Below, piece after piece: positions 22,268-34,644 of a stretch of DNA of 64,000 nucleotides. The position numbers and the translations under genes are program-made. The stretch's first letter is position 1. Each line of letters opens with the position of its first letter. The stretch comes from an uncultured delta proteobacterium (GTDB lineage: Bacteria > Desulfobacterota > Desulfomonilia > UBA1062), in contig CAWAUM010000005.1 in the NCBI GenBank assembly GCA_963785235.1, forward strand, positions 160,001 to 224,000, given 5' to 3'. The notes under the pieces were generated by a model that worked only from the letters and a program-made list of their open reading frames with translations, was not told where the DNA came from and did no database searches.

Positions 22268-22320
22268 ATAAGATGAAAGGAGGTGACATGGGCAGGCAAT
22301 GTCACTTCCTTTCATCTTAT
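22268..22320 (+). repeat. 22-bp inverted repeat (long RNA hairpin)
   Basis: ATAAGATGAAAGGAGGTGACAT-N9-ATGTCACTTCCTTTCATCTTAT; 21 Watson-Crick pairs and one G-U. Confidence 0.85.
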
Positions 22321-22365
22321 ACCCTGCACAATTCCATGGAATCATTATCATAAAGGAAATTGTAG

Positions 22366-23404
22366 ATGAATCATATAAGGAGATACCGTTATCTTTTGAC
22401 ATACGGGCTGTGGTTCATGATTCTCGCAGGTTGCGGCCTCATTCTCAAGATGTGGTTAAATTCGCGCTTACGCCACAAAGCCGGAGAAATCCCGGAAAGA
22501 CAGATTATTGTGCCGACACCCGAGGATCATTTCGTGAAGATCGGGAAAAGTTGCTACCACTACACGGAATATCCGGCAATCGGAAAGGATATCCTTTTCA
22601 TACACGGCTTTGCCTCATCAACCTACACGTGGGAGAAAGTGGCCCCAGTACTCAATAAGCTGGGATACCATGTCTGGGCCTTGGACGTAAAAGGCTTTGG
22701 CTGGTCTGATAAGCCAAAGGATACATCATACGATATTTTAACATTGACTGAAGAGGTTTATCAATGGATGGAGGCTCTTGGTTTAGATGACGTCGTGCTT
22801 GTGGGTAATTCCCTCGGGGGTGGAATTGCAACGCTTATGGCCCTCCTGCATCCGGAAAAAGTCGGCCGTATGGTACTTATTGATGCTGCAGCCTACGATA
22901 CAAAATTTCCTTTGATAATGGAACTGGCTCGTTTGCCGTTGTCTGCTCAAATGACGAAACTGTTCTTCAGCCATTGGGTGGTAAAGCAAACATTATCCGA
23001 GGTCTATCATCATAAAGCCTGGATAACGAAAGATCAGGTGGATGCTTATTATGACAGGCTGCGAACAGATAATGCCCTGAACGCCCAGATTGCAGTAGTG
23101 AGGGCCCTGGAGTTCTCCAGAGTGGAGAAATATGTCGATCGAATACCGGAAATAAAATCCAAGACCCTGATCATCTGGGGCGAACATGACGGATGGATTC
23201 CGCTTGAGTAGCGCTTACAGGTTCAAGGCGGAACTCCGGGACTCAACCCTTGTAATCATACCGGAGTGTGGTCACATGCCGCAGGAGGAATTTCCGGATA
23301 TTACGGTAAGACTGATTGATGCCTTCATTCAGGACAAGCCTGTGGCAGGTATTAATGAATCTAAAACAACAGATGGTTTGCAAGAACAGGCATCTCTCAA
23401 CTAA
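22366..23404 (+). CDS. Membrane-anchored alpha/beta hydrolase, split by an apparent +1 frameshift at ~23204
   Basis: N-terminal TM segment, HGFAS, GNSLGG, WGEHD. The catalytic His segment CGHMPQEE is in the next frame. Confidence 0.85.
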
Positions 23405-23438
23405 TACGAGAATGCTCGTTTAAAAGGGTGATTGCCGT

Positions 23439-24155
23439 ATGGTAAAAGTGAACGGAAAACAAATCGGCACAAAGCCGGTAAAGTCTCGCAATGCTGCCAA
23501 AAAGCAAATGACTCGGCTGCCTGATGAGGAACGATCCCTTGTTTTACAGGTAGCCTCATTGGCGGCAAAGGCCTTTAGGCTTGCGGCAAAGGCCGGATAC
23601 TCTTCGGTTAAAGTCGGCAAGGCACTGCTCATGTCTTCATCAGGCGACACAAAATTGATGCAGGAAAGCGGCGCCTACCTCAAGGATGTTCGTGAACTGG
23701 CGGGATTAACCCAGGCTGAACTCACTGAAGCGCTCCATTTGTCGGACCAGTCTCTCCTTGCTGCCGTTGAGAAGGGTACGGCCACGCTGTCTTTTGAATT
23801 GATTCTGCGCTTGGCTGCCTTGCTTGCCAGACATGATCCCGTGCCGTTTATCATCAAGTTCACCAGAACCTATGATCCGGAGATCTGGGCTATTCTCGAA
23901 AGATGGGGTATTGGCCACATCCCTGTTCATTTTGAGAGAGAACGGGAGTTCATAAACATCTATCGTGGTCACGATGCTGCCCGGAAACTGAGTGACAAGG
24001 GTTTCGAAAAGGTGCTGCAATTTACCAGGGCAGCCTTTGAGACTGCCCTGCATTTCGTCTCAGAACAACAGAAAAAGGACTCTCATATCAGCCTGAACAG
24101 AAAAGCGAAGAAGCCTTCAGGGACAAAACCTAAAAAGCATCGTAAGGACACATGA
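23439..24155 (+). CDS. XRE-type helix-turn-helix protein
   Basis: LKDVRELAGLTQAELTEAL....LLAAVEKG. Confidence 0.8.
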   Translation: MVKVNGKQIGTKPVKSRNAAKKQMTRLPDEERSLVLQVASLAAKAFRLAAKAGYSSVKVGKALLMSSSGDTKLMQESGAYLKDVRELAGLTQAELTEALHLSDQSLLAAVEKGTATLSFELILRLAALLARHDPVPFIIKFTRTYDPEIWAILERWGIGHIPVHFEREREFINIYRGHDAARKLSDKGFEKVLQFTRAAFETALHFVSEQQKKDSHISLNRKAKKPSGTKPKKHRKDT

Positions 24156-25839
24156 ATGCGAATTCGCAAAATCGGTATTATCCCCGGAACATACCATAAC
24201 CTCGATCGCTATCGGCAGATTCTTGTAATCCTGTTCAAGTATGGCTTTGACAGCATGCTCGACAGGATCAATCTGGGTTGTTATTTTGAAACGGGTTTAC
24301 AGACGATCTCCCGAAAACGTGGTGAGCAGATTGAAGGCCTGAGCGATTATGAACGGCTTCGTATGGCCTTTGAAGAACTGGGCCCAACGTTCATTAAAAT
24401 GGGGCAGATCCTTTCCACCAGACCTGACCTTGTACCGCTGGATCTCATCTTGGAACTGAGCAAATTGCAGGACAAGGTGCCGCCGTTTCCCATAGCCCAG
24501 GTAAAAGAGATCTTGGAACAGGAACTTCGGGCCCCCATGGATAAATATTTTGCAAGGTTTGACGAGATTCCCCTTGCAGCGGCCTCAATCGGCCAGGTCC
24601 ACCGTGCTCAGTTGGTTACCGGTGAAGAGGTAATCGTGAAGGTCCAGCGGCCGGGGATCAAGAAGGCTATTGAAGTTGATCTTGAGATTCTCCACCACCT
24701 GGCCATATTGATGGAAAGACACATAGGAGAGGCCAAAGTATTTCAGCCGACAAAAATCGTCGATGAGTTTGCAGTCAGCATAGAAAAGGAAATCAATTAT
24801 GAGGTTGAGGCCCAGCATGCAGAGCGTTTTGCCAGGCAGTTCGCCAACAACAAATTCATTTACGTCCCGAAGATATACAAACTGACAACAACGAAACGCG
24901 TCCTAACCATGGAGTATGTGGACGGCATTAAGGTCTCTGATGTCGGCCTCCTGGAACATTCGGGCCTTGACTGTAAAATAATAGCCTCCCATGGCGCAGA
25001 CCTGACCTTTGAACAGATCTTCAAGCATGGTTTTTTCCATGCAGATCCTCATCCGGGAAACATCTGCATCTTGCCGGGAAACGTTATCTGCTATCTTGAT
25101 TTCGGTATGATGGATTATGTTGATAAACGATCAATAGATACATTTACCGATATCATCTTAGGCTATGTCAAATGGTGATAAGGCAGTCGTCGCTGAGGCT
25201 ACCATGCGGCTCGTGGAGTGGGACGAGAATCCTGACCTCCGAGCCCTGGAAGGTGATATCGAAGGGTTCATCGACCGGTATCTCAACAAACCGCTCAAAG
25301 GAATGCATATAGGTGATATAGTGCGGGAATCCCTCAGGCTTTTTGCGCGGCACGGTCTGAGGCTGCCGCCGGACATCTTTTTCATGATCAAGGCCATATC
25401 AGAAGTACAAAGCATCGGACTCATACTGGATCCTGCTTTCGATATATTCACCAAAGCGGCCCCATTTATTAAAAAAATTCAGACAGAGCGCATGAATCCC
25501 AGTCGTTTCATAGATGATTTCCTTACCTTGAGCAGTCATCTGAGGCAGTTTCCTCTAGATCTTCATGACCTTCTGAAACAGCTTAAACAGGGAAAAGGCA
25601 AGGTGCGAATTGAGCACAGAGGACTCGAACCACTCATTTTCGGTATCTACCGTTCCTCCAACCGCATCGCATTCTCATTCATTATTGCTTCCTTAATAAT
25701 AGGTTCCTCACTAATCATTACAACCCATGCAGGTCCGTCTATTTACGGGCTTCCCTTCCTTGGCCTTCTCGGCTTTTCCATAGCTGCCATTTTATGCTTG
25801 TGGCTTCTTATTCTGATCCGGCGATCCGGCAAACTCTGA
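24156..25839 (+). CDS. ABC1/UbiB (AarF) family atypical kinase, split by an apparent +1 frameshift at ~25171
   Basis: LGPTFIKMGQ, AAASIGQVH, VKVQRP, FHADPHPGN, DFG; C-terminal TM helices in the second frame. Confidence 0.9.
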
Positions 25840-25857
25840 GCATTGTCAAGCCGGTCT

Positions 25858-28008
25858 TCAGCCTAACATCCCTGTCTCTGTTGAAGTAGCATTTGCTGCC
25901 GGCAGGTAAAAGCGTTCGACATAATCTTTTACCATTCGATCCGCATTGAAGCGCCAGCCAAGGGTCAGCATTGCATGCTTCATCCGCTTGACCCACTGTG
26001 ATGGGACACCATGGGCGTCTCTCTGATAATACAGGGGGATTACCTCCTGTTCGAGTGTATCATAGAGATATTCAGAATCCCTCTGGTTCTGAACCGCCAG
26101 GTCATTGTCCATGCCGCCATGGCCGATGGCAAATCCGTTTTTACCGTCATATGCCTCGTTCCACCATCCATCCAGCACTGAGAGATTGAGGCCCCCGTTG
26201 AGGATCACCTTCTGGCCGCTGGTGCCGCAAGCCTCCAACGGACGCCTCGGGGTGTTCAACCACACATCCACACCCTGAACAAGATGGCGTGCAACATTAT
26301 AATCATAGTTCTCCACAAATACGATACTGCTCCTGAACTTTTTCGAATAGCTGAACTGGGCGATCCGCTGCAGGAGGTGCTTACCTTCGTTGTCCTGGGG
26401 GTGTGCCTTGCCGGCAAAGATGATCTGTATGGGGCGCCCCCTGTCCTTGATAAGACGGGTCAGACGTTCGAGTTGTGATAAAATCAGGTCTCCCCGTTTG
26501 TATGTGGCAAACCTTCGGGCACACCCGATGGTCAGTACATCAGGGTCAAGGATATGTTCTATCTTTTTTACAATATCTCTGTGTCCCAGGCGCTGGGCCT
26601 GTATCTTCAGGCGACGTCTCACAAAGTGGATGAGACGCATCTTCAGAGTCTGGTGTGTCTCCCATAGCTCTGCGTCGTCAATATCAGCAACCTTTTCCCA
26701 GACATCCGGATGTATCATGCGTGTGGCCCAGTCCTCGCCAAGGCGTGTCTGAAACAGCTGGTACATTTGGGGAGCAAGCCAGGATAACATGTGTACTCCA
26801 TTGGTGATGTGACCTATGGGAACCTCTGATTCGGTTCTATCCGGCCAGAGGCAGTTCCACATGAGACGGCTCACGTCACCGTGGATTGCCGAGACACCGT
26901 TGGCCAGGCGCGAGCTCTTCAGTGCCAGGACTGTCATGCAGAAGGTCTCTGTGTTGTCAGACGGATTGACCCGTCCGAGCGCCATAAAATCTCTATGGGA
27001 CAGCCCTAAATTATCCCTGAAGAGACCAAGATGCTCCTCAATCAGATCCGGGGAGAACCTGTCGTGACCGGCCGCAACAGGGGTGTGCGTGGTAAAGACG
27101 GTATACAGTGAAACACGCCGGTGGGCTCGCTTGAATGGAATGTGGTCGTATTCCATAACCCTTTTTACCTCTTCGAGGATGGCAAATGCGCTGTGTCCTT
27201 CGTTCAGGTGAAGCACTCCCGGCGAAATATTAAGCCCCTGCAGGATTCGAGCCCCGCCGATTCCCAGCAGCAGTTCCTGGCGAATACGCCTTTTCTGGTC
27301 GCCGCCGTAGAGCCTGGAGGTTAGTTCCCGGTCTTCTTGTGAGTTGCTCTCAATGTTGGAATCGAGCAGCATCAAACGGATGCGGCCTACCTGAACCTGC
27401 CAGACCCTTGCCAGGAGAGGGTTGGTCCGGGTATCTATCCGTACGACCAATTGTACACCGCTGGAATCCATAACCGGCCGTAGCGGCAGTTTGTGGACAT
27501 CGAGGTTGATATAATCTTCTTGCTGCCACCCGTCCTTGTTCAGGCGCTGAATGAAATAGCCCTGGTGATAGAGCAGGCCGATCCCGATCAGAGGAACACC
27601 CAGGTCAGAGGCGCTTTTCAGATGGTCTCCCGCCAGTATTCCCAAGCCCCCTGAATAGATGGGAATTGATTCATGAAGGCCGAATTCGGCAGAAAAGTAT
27701 ACAACGGGACGGTTGTTAAGATTCCCGCAATGAATGGCTCCCCAGGTATTTTGCTGTTCCACATACTCGTTAAGTCGTCTGAAGGCATAGTTTATCCTGC
27801 TGTGGAGAACAAGTTCGGATGCGCGTTCCTCAAGCTGTGCAGATGTAATCTGATTAATAAAGGCAACTGGGTTGTGCTCCACCTGGCGCCAGAGAAGGGG
27901 ATCCAGGTCACTGAGTCTGTTGCTGATAAGTTCAGGGTGCCATGTCCACCAGAGATTATCAGCCAGAGCACGAAGACGATTATGAAGATCACTTTTCGTA
28001 TCTTTCAT
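25858..28008 (-). CDS. glgP: Alpha-glucan (glycogen) phosphorylase
   Basis: YSGGLGILAGD, HLNEGH, RRFATYKR, EACGTSGQK (PLP Lys). Confidence 0.95.
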   Translation of the reverse strand: MKDTKSDLHNRLRALADNLWWTWHPELISNRLSDLDPLLWRQVEHNPVAFINQITSAQLEERASELVLHSRINYAFRRLNEYVEQQNTWGAIHCGNLNNRPVVYFSAEFGLHESIPIYSGGLGILAGDHLKSASDLGVPLIGIGLLYHQGYFIQRLNKDGWQQEDYINLDVHKLPLRPVMDSSGVQLVVRIDTRTNPLLARVWQVQVGRIRLMLLDSNIESNSQEDRELTSRLYGGDQKRRIRQELLLGIGGARILQGLNISPGVLHLNEGHSAFAILEEVKRVMEYDHIPFKRAHRRVSLYTVFTTHTPVAAGHDRFSPDLIEEHLGLFRDNLGLSHRDFMALGRVNPSDNTETFCMTVLALKSSRLANGVSAIHGDVSRLMWNCLWPDRTESEVPIGHITNGVHMLSWLAPQMYQLFQTRLGEDWATRMIHPDVWEKVADIDDAELWETHQTLKMRLIHFVRRRLKIQAQRLGHRDIVKKIEHILDPDVLTIGCARRFATYKRGDLILSQLERLTRLIKDRGRPIQIIFAGKAHPQDNEGKHLLQRIAQFSYSKKFRSSIVFVENYDYNVARHLVQGVDVWLNTPRRPLEACGTSGQKVILNGGLNLSVLDGWWNEAYDGKNGFAIGHGGMDNDLAVQNQRDSEYLYDTLEQEVIPLYYQRDAHGVPSQWVKRMKHAMLTLGWRFNADRMVKDYVERFYLPAANATSTETGMLG

Positions 28009-28298
28009 ATATCCCCCCCCACGCATTAATTGAGATGTATGAGAAATTTGTAAAAACAAGGTAATGCATAAAAATATATCATACATTCATCATTAATAAC
28101 AAGGGGGAGGGAGCATATAAGACCTATTTCAAACAAACTGATTCAAAAAGTCGTTTAATGAGAAAGGTACAATTCCTGGAAACCACATATCTTGTGCTAA
28201 TGTATTAGGTTCAATATCCACCACGTATGCTGGTGGATGATATTAAAGGGTAAAAGCTCAGAGAGTCAGTGTTTACCTGATCGCATATTGAAAATTGA

Positions 28299-28421
28299 TT
28301 ACATGGAAAAACAATCACGGAAAAACAAGTCGATGCTGATTTCCATTCCTATCAACAGTAACTCAATGAAATCAATAATACCATTTAATATATAGTCGAT
28401 GAAATTTGCGAAACTTTTCAT
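28299..28421 (-). CDS. Candidate 40-aa amphipathic small protein (not in the ORF track)
   Basis: MKSFANFIDYILNGIIDFIELLLIGMEISIDLFFRDCFSM, with GGAG 8 nt upstream. Confidence 0.35.
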   Translation of the reverse strand: MKSFANFIDYILNGIIDFIELLLIGMEISIDLFFRDCFSM

Positions 28422-28619
28422 AGTGCGATCTCCATTTATAAACAGTGTGGAAAGTATACTATCCAGTTTAGTATGAGAAAGAAAATATCATGTCAAGTTA
28501 TTAGTTAATTATAACAAGGGCTGAATTCATGGATTTCGACGGATATGAGTTGCTTTCTCTGCCAGGCCGTTTTATATCCGATCATTGGTGCTCAAAACCT
28601 TATAAAAAGGAGAAGTGAG

Positions 28620-28781
28620 ATGACCCTGTGTCCGATTGCCTTAGTTGCCAGCTGCAAGAAATGTCCAATATTCACAGTCTGCCCCCTGAAAAGCGTCATC
28701 GGAGATTACAAGAAGCCGGACCAGAGGCAAACGAAGCAGCGCGAAAAAAAAGCACCGAGCAGCTCGAAACGTAAAAGGTAG
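28620..28781 (+). CDS. Small Cys-rich hypothetical protein
   Basis: AAGGAG RBS; MTLCPIALVASCKKCPIFTVCPLK followed by a basic tail. Confidence 0.65.
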   Translation: MTLCPIALVASCKKCPIFTVCPLKSVIGDYKKPDQRQTKQREKKAPSSSKRKR

Positions 28782-28884
28782 ATTGAGACGACGAGGACTT
28801 TGGAAATGCCAAGATCACCTTCTCCCTTTTTAATACAGATGTCAGCCACTAACCGCCACTGAGATCCATCGTTATTCTAAGAAG

Positions 28885-29748
28885 GTGCAGACAATGCCCT
28901 CACGTGACTCGGGGAAAATATTGGCCACATCAAAAAGCCTAACCGTTTACGAAAAGAATCAGATAAATACAATAAAGGCCTGGAAAATGAAAACCCCGGA
29001 TGTTATCAGCCAGGCCGTTGGTTTGTTATCATATCCGGCTACAAGGGCGATACAACAAGCAATTCCGGAAACCGCTATTTTATTGATATTCCATGCAGTA
29101 AATTTTTTAGCCAATGAAATAGCCGATATAGGTGACATAGAAAAAGCCGCAGGGGTCAGCCAAATACGTGACCTGAAGAATAAAGATCTCAAACTTTCAG
29201 ATGAACTTTCAAATAGCATTCATAACTGGGCTATCGGGATAGCTGTAGCACAAGGAGGAGCGGCAGGCGCTGCCGGGTTGGTTGGGTTGGCTGCCGACAT
29301 TCCTGCAATTATTATGCTTGCACTCAGAACAATCCATAAAATCGGCCTGTGTTATGGCTACGAATGCCGCTCGGAAATGGACAAGAATTTTGCTTTGGGC
29401 ATTCTTTCTGTTTCAGGGGCCAACTCAATGAGTGAAAAAATCGAGGCATTAGAAACGCTGCGTTTTATCGAACTCACCATCGCAAAGCAGGAGTGGAAAA
29501 CCATAGCTGAAAAAGCAGCCGGTCGACAACTTTCAAAAGAAGGTGGCATCATTGCCTTAAGAAACCTTGTAAAACAACTTGGCATTAATATTACCAAGCG
29601 TAAGGCCATGCAGGCGGTCCCTGTCATTGGGGCTGCTGTCGGTGCCTCCGTGAATGGCTGGTATCTTAAAGATGTGGGTTGGACGGCACGCAGGTCATTT
29701 CAGGAAAGATGGTTGGTTGATAACAAGAAAGTCAAAGGAATTTATTGA
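28885..29748 (+). CDS. EcsC family protein
   Basis: QGGAAGAAGLVGLAADIP..LRTIHKIGLCYGY..QAVPVIGAAVGA. Start uncertain. Confidence 0.85.
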   Translation: MQTMPSRDSGKILATSKSLTVYEKNQINTIKAWKMKTPDVISQAVGLLSYPATRAIQQAIPETAILLIFHAVNFLANEIADIGDIEKAAGVSQIRDLKNKDLKLSDELSNSIHNWAIGIAVAQGGAAGAAGLVGLAADIPAIIMLALRTIHKIGLCYGYECRSEMDKNFALGILSVSGANSMSEKIEALETLRFIELTIAKQEWKTIAEKAAGRQLSKEGGIIALRNLVKQLGINITKRKAMQAVPVIGAAVGASVNGWYLKDVGWTARRSFQERWLVDNKKVKGIY

Positions 29749-29754
29749 AGTATT

Positions 29755-30963
29755 ATGCCTAAGAATCCCCATGTTCGACCGTCCGACATTCGTGGCTTCA
29801 GCCGACTCGCTATGGACGCGATTATCGCTCTGACAGACCTGGTAGAGACCATGCACCACAACATCAGCCGCGTTCCGGGCATTCTTGGCACAACCACTCT
29901 GGATCGCACGACCGGTATGACAGGGTTGGTTTACCAGATCATCAGGGGAGTTACCCGCCTGGTGGGAGGAGGGATCGACTCGGTGCTCGCGCAGCTGGTT
30001 CCACTTATCGGGCATGGGCCATCGTCAGGCGAGCGCGAAGCCGTGCTGGCGGCCCTGAACGGTATCCTGGGCGACCACCTCGCTGCCAATGGGAATCCAC
30101 TGACGATTTCCATGAGGCTGCGATACCACGGGCAGCCGCTTGAACTGACAAGGCAGTCTTTAACTGCAGCGATCCTTAAGCCCTGCGGTAAAATACTCAT
30201 TCTCGTGCATGGGCTGTGCATGAATGATCTGCAATGGCGGCGCAACGGGCATGACCACGGCGCGGCCCTGGCTATCACTGCCGGTTTCACGCCGGTGTAT
30301 CTGCATTACAACAGTGGCCTTCATATCTCCACAAACGGTCGCGATCTTGCCGAAATGATTGAGGACCTGCTTCAGGCCTGGCCGGTACCTGTGGATGAAC
30401 TGGTCATCATGGGACATAGTATGGGCGGGTTGGTTGCCCGCAGCGCCTGCCATTACGGCAAGGCTGAAGGGAACGATTGGCTGCGATACCTGCGTAAACT
30501 TGTCTTCCTCGGTACCCCACACCATGGTGCCACACTGGCACGGGGAGGCGCCTGGGCAGGAGTCATTCTGGAGGTCAGCCCATACACGGCCGCCTTTGCC
30601 CGTCTCGGAAAAATTCGCAGCTCAGGCATTACCGACCTCCACTACGGCAGCCTGCTGGATGAAGACTGGGAGCATCAGGACCGTTTTGCACGTTCAACAG
30701 ATATCAGGCAAGACGTACCTCTGCCGGACGGTGTGCAGTGCTACGCCGTAGGGGGCTCGATCGCAAAGAAAGCGAGCACTCTGAGCGAGCAACTCCTTGG
30801 CGATGGACTGGTGCCTTTGCGCAGCGCGCTAGGACAGCATGCAAATCCCAGGCGGAACCTGCCTATCTTAGAATCGCAGCAGTGGATCGGGTACGGCATG
30901 AATCACATGGACTTGTTGGATAGCCCAGAAGTTTACGAGCAGGTCCGACAGTGGCTGTCATGA
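29755..30963 (+). CDS. PGAP1-like lipase/esterase (alpha/beta hydrolase)
   Basis: VHGLC, GHSMGG, LGTPHHG, GDGLVP, NHMDLL. Confidence 0.85.
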   Translation: MPKNPHVRPSDIRGFSRLAMDAIIALTDLVETMHHNISRVPGILGTTTLDRTTGMTGLVYQIIRGVTRLVGGGIDSVLAQLVPLIGHGPSSGEREAVLAALNGILGDHLAANGNPLTISMRLRYHGQPLELTRQSLTAAILKPCGKILILVHGLCMNDLQWRRNGHDHGAALAITAGFTPVYLHYNSGLHISTNGRDLAEMIEDLLQAWPVPVDELVIMGHSMGGLVARSACHYGKAEGNDWLRYLRKLVFLGTPHHGATLARGGAWAGVILEVSPYTAAFARLGKIRSSGITDLHYGSLLDEDWEHQDRFARSTDIRQDVPLPDGVQCYAVGGSIAKKASTLSEQLLGDGLVPLRSALGQHANPRRNLPILESQQWIGYGMNHMDLLDSPEVYEQVRQWLS

Positions 30964-31139
30964 CCTTCATGTGCCGGTTTCAAACGTCTTAACAGGATTG
31001 CAAGCCGTATCTGCCGGCGGTTAACCTTGCTGTTACGAATCCCTGGAAAGTCGCATTCTTAAAGGCGCAACCATCTGTTGACAGCATGAGTTATCTATGG
31101 TCTAGATATAACTTATCGTTATAATAAGGGGTGAGGAAT

Positions 31140-31370
31140 ATGGAAGACACGGATCTTCAGTTGATTCGTAAACTCATCTCCAAAGACAAGGATCTCAAAG
31201 GTCTTTGGGATGAACATCAGGGGTATGAGGAAAAACTTGCGCTGTTGAACAAGAGAAGATACCTGAGCACCGAAGAAGAAATACGGCGCAAGGAAATCCA
31301 GAAGCTCAAGCTGCAAGGTAAAGACAAGATTGAGGACATCCTGCGCAAATACCGTAACGAATTAGGGTAG
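31140..31370 (+). CDS. DUF465 family coiled-coil protein
   Basis: LWDEHQ.YE...LKLQGKDKI; usual position upstream of ilvB. Confidence 0.8.
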   Translation: MEDTDLQLIRKLISKDKDLKGLWDEHQGYEEKLALLNKRRYLSTEEEIRRKEIQKLKLQGKDKIEDILRKYRNELG

Positions 31371-31417
31371 AGCGGCTAAGGATACCATTGAATTGACGTT
31401 GAGAGGTTTCAGAACAG

Positions 31418-33121
31418 GTGAGTGTTAAAAAGATTACAGGTGCATACGCATTTATTGAGGCCCTGCGGTGCGAAGGTGTCAAGCACATCTTCGGCTATCC
31501 CGGAGGGGCGGTACTGGATATATTTGATGCCATCATGGATGCGCCGGATATCCAGTTCATTCTGTCCAGGCACGAGCAGGGTGCGGTTCATGCTGCAGAC
31601 GGATATGCCCGGGCCAGCGGCAGGGTGGGGGTGGCACTGGTCACCTCTGGTCCCGGCGCTACGAACACGGTGACGGGCATCGCTACTGCCTGTATGGACT
31701 CGATTCCCATCGTGGTTTTTTCCGGGCAGGTGTCGACAAATCTTATCGGAAACGACGCATTCCAGGAGGCGGATACCGTAGGCATAACACGTCCTTGCAC
31801 CAAGCATAACTATCTTGTCAAGGACTGCGCCGATCTGCCCAGGGTCATCAAAGAGGCCTTCTACATAGCCGCCACCGGAAGGCCCGGCCCGGTTCTGGTT
31901 GACATCCCCAAGGATGTCATGAAAGGTCTCATCGCCTTCAAATATCCTGACAAGGTCCTGCTGGAAGGCTACTGCCCCAACTATCGGGGCCATCCAGGCC
32001 AGATCAAACGGATCGTAAGCACAATTCTAAAGAGCAGAAGGCCCGTTATCTATGCCGGCGGGGGCGTAGTAATCTCCAATGCCTCAGAGGAGCTCATTTC
32101 CCTTGCCAGGCAACTTCGTATTCCGGTAACCACCACACTCATGGGACTTGGCGCTTTTCCTGCCGATGACCCGCTCTGGCTCGGCATGCTCGGTATGCAC
32201 GGTACCTATGCAGCCAACATGGCCGTGACCGAGTCGGACTGCCTGATAGCCATAGGTGCCAGGTTCGATGACCGCGTTACAGGAAAGGTGGATGAGTTCT
32301 CTCCCAAGGCCAGGATTATCCATATCGACATCGATCCCACCTCCATCAGTAAAAATGTCCGTGTTGACCTGCCCGTAGTTGGAGACTGCAAGTTCGTGCT
32401 GACTGACATGCTTGATGGAATAAAGGAGAAGATTCATGATGTCCATGAACTTACCAGCGGCATCGGAGACTGGCTTGACCAGATAAATCAATGGAAGCAT
32501 GAACAGCCCCTGCGTTATGAGCAAGGTGATTCGCTGAAACCTCAGTACGTGATCGAAAAAATAAACGAGCTTGCCCCTGAAGATACAATTATCTCAACCG
32601 AGGTCGGCCAGAACCAGATGTGGACGGCACAGTTCTTCAAGTTCAACAAGCCGAGACACTTTCTCACCTCCGGAGGGCTTGGCACCATGGGCTATGGTTT
32701 TCCTGCCGCCATTGGCGCCCAGGCGGCCTTTCCCGACCGTACGGTTATAGACATAGCAGGGGACGGCTCCATCCAGATGAACATCCAGGAGCTTGCCACT
32801 GCAGTCCAGTACCAGCTGAACGTGAAGGTCATGATCATCAACAACGGCTTTCTGGGCATGGTAAGACAGTGGCAGTCGCTCTTTTACCGGGGCAGGTACT
32901 CTCATACCTCAATGGCTTTTTCACCTGATTTCGTGAAACTGGCAGAGGCCTACGGTGCATATGGAATACGTGTGGATAAACCATCCGAGGTGGAGGGTGC
33001 CATACGCAAGGCCCTTTCCATAAAAGGCCCTGTCTTTGTTGATTTCCATGTGGAGCCGGAGGAGGATGTCTATCCGATGGTGCCGGCAGGCGCGCCTATA
33101 AACAACATGCTTCTGGTTTGA
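31418..33121 (+). CDS. ilvB: Acetolactate synthase large subunit
   Basis: [29 protein letters not shown]-binding motif. Confidence 0.97.
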   Translation: MSVKKITGAYAFIEALRCEGVKHIFGYPGGAVLDIFDAIMDAPDIQFILSRHEQGAVHAADGYARASGRVGVALVTSGPGATNTVTGIATACMDSIPIVVFSGQVSTNLIGNDAFQEADTVGITRPCTKHNYLVKDCADLPRVIKEAFYIAATGRPGPVLVDIPKDVMKGLIAFKYPDKVLLEGYCPNYRGHPGQIKRIVSTILKSRRPVIYAGGGVVISNASEELISLARQLRIPVTTTLMGLGAFPADDPLWLGMLGMHGTYAANMAVTESDCLIAIGARFDDRVTGKVDEFSPKARIIHIDIDPTSISKNVRVDLPVVGDCKFVLTDMLDGIKEKIHDVHELTSGIGDWLDQINQWKHEQPLRYEQGDSLKPQYVIEKINELAPEDTIISTEVGQNQMWTAQFFKFNKPRHFLTSGGLGTMGYGFPAAIGAQAAFPDRTVIDIAGDGSIQMNIQELATAVQYQLNVKVMIINNGFLGMVRQWQSLFYRGRYSHTSMAFSPDFVKLAEAYGAYGIRVDKPSEVEGAIRKALSIKGPVFVDFHVEPEEDVYPMVPAGAPINNMLLV

Positions 33122-33129
33122 GGTATCTT

Positions 33130-34643
<1,514 letters not shown>

Positions 34644-34644
34644 C

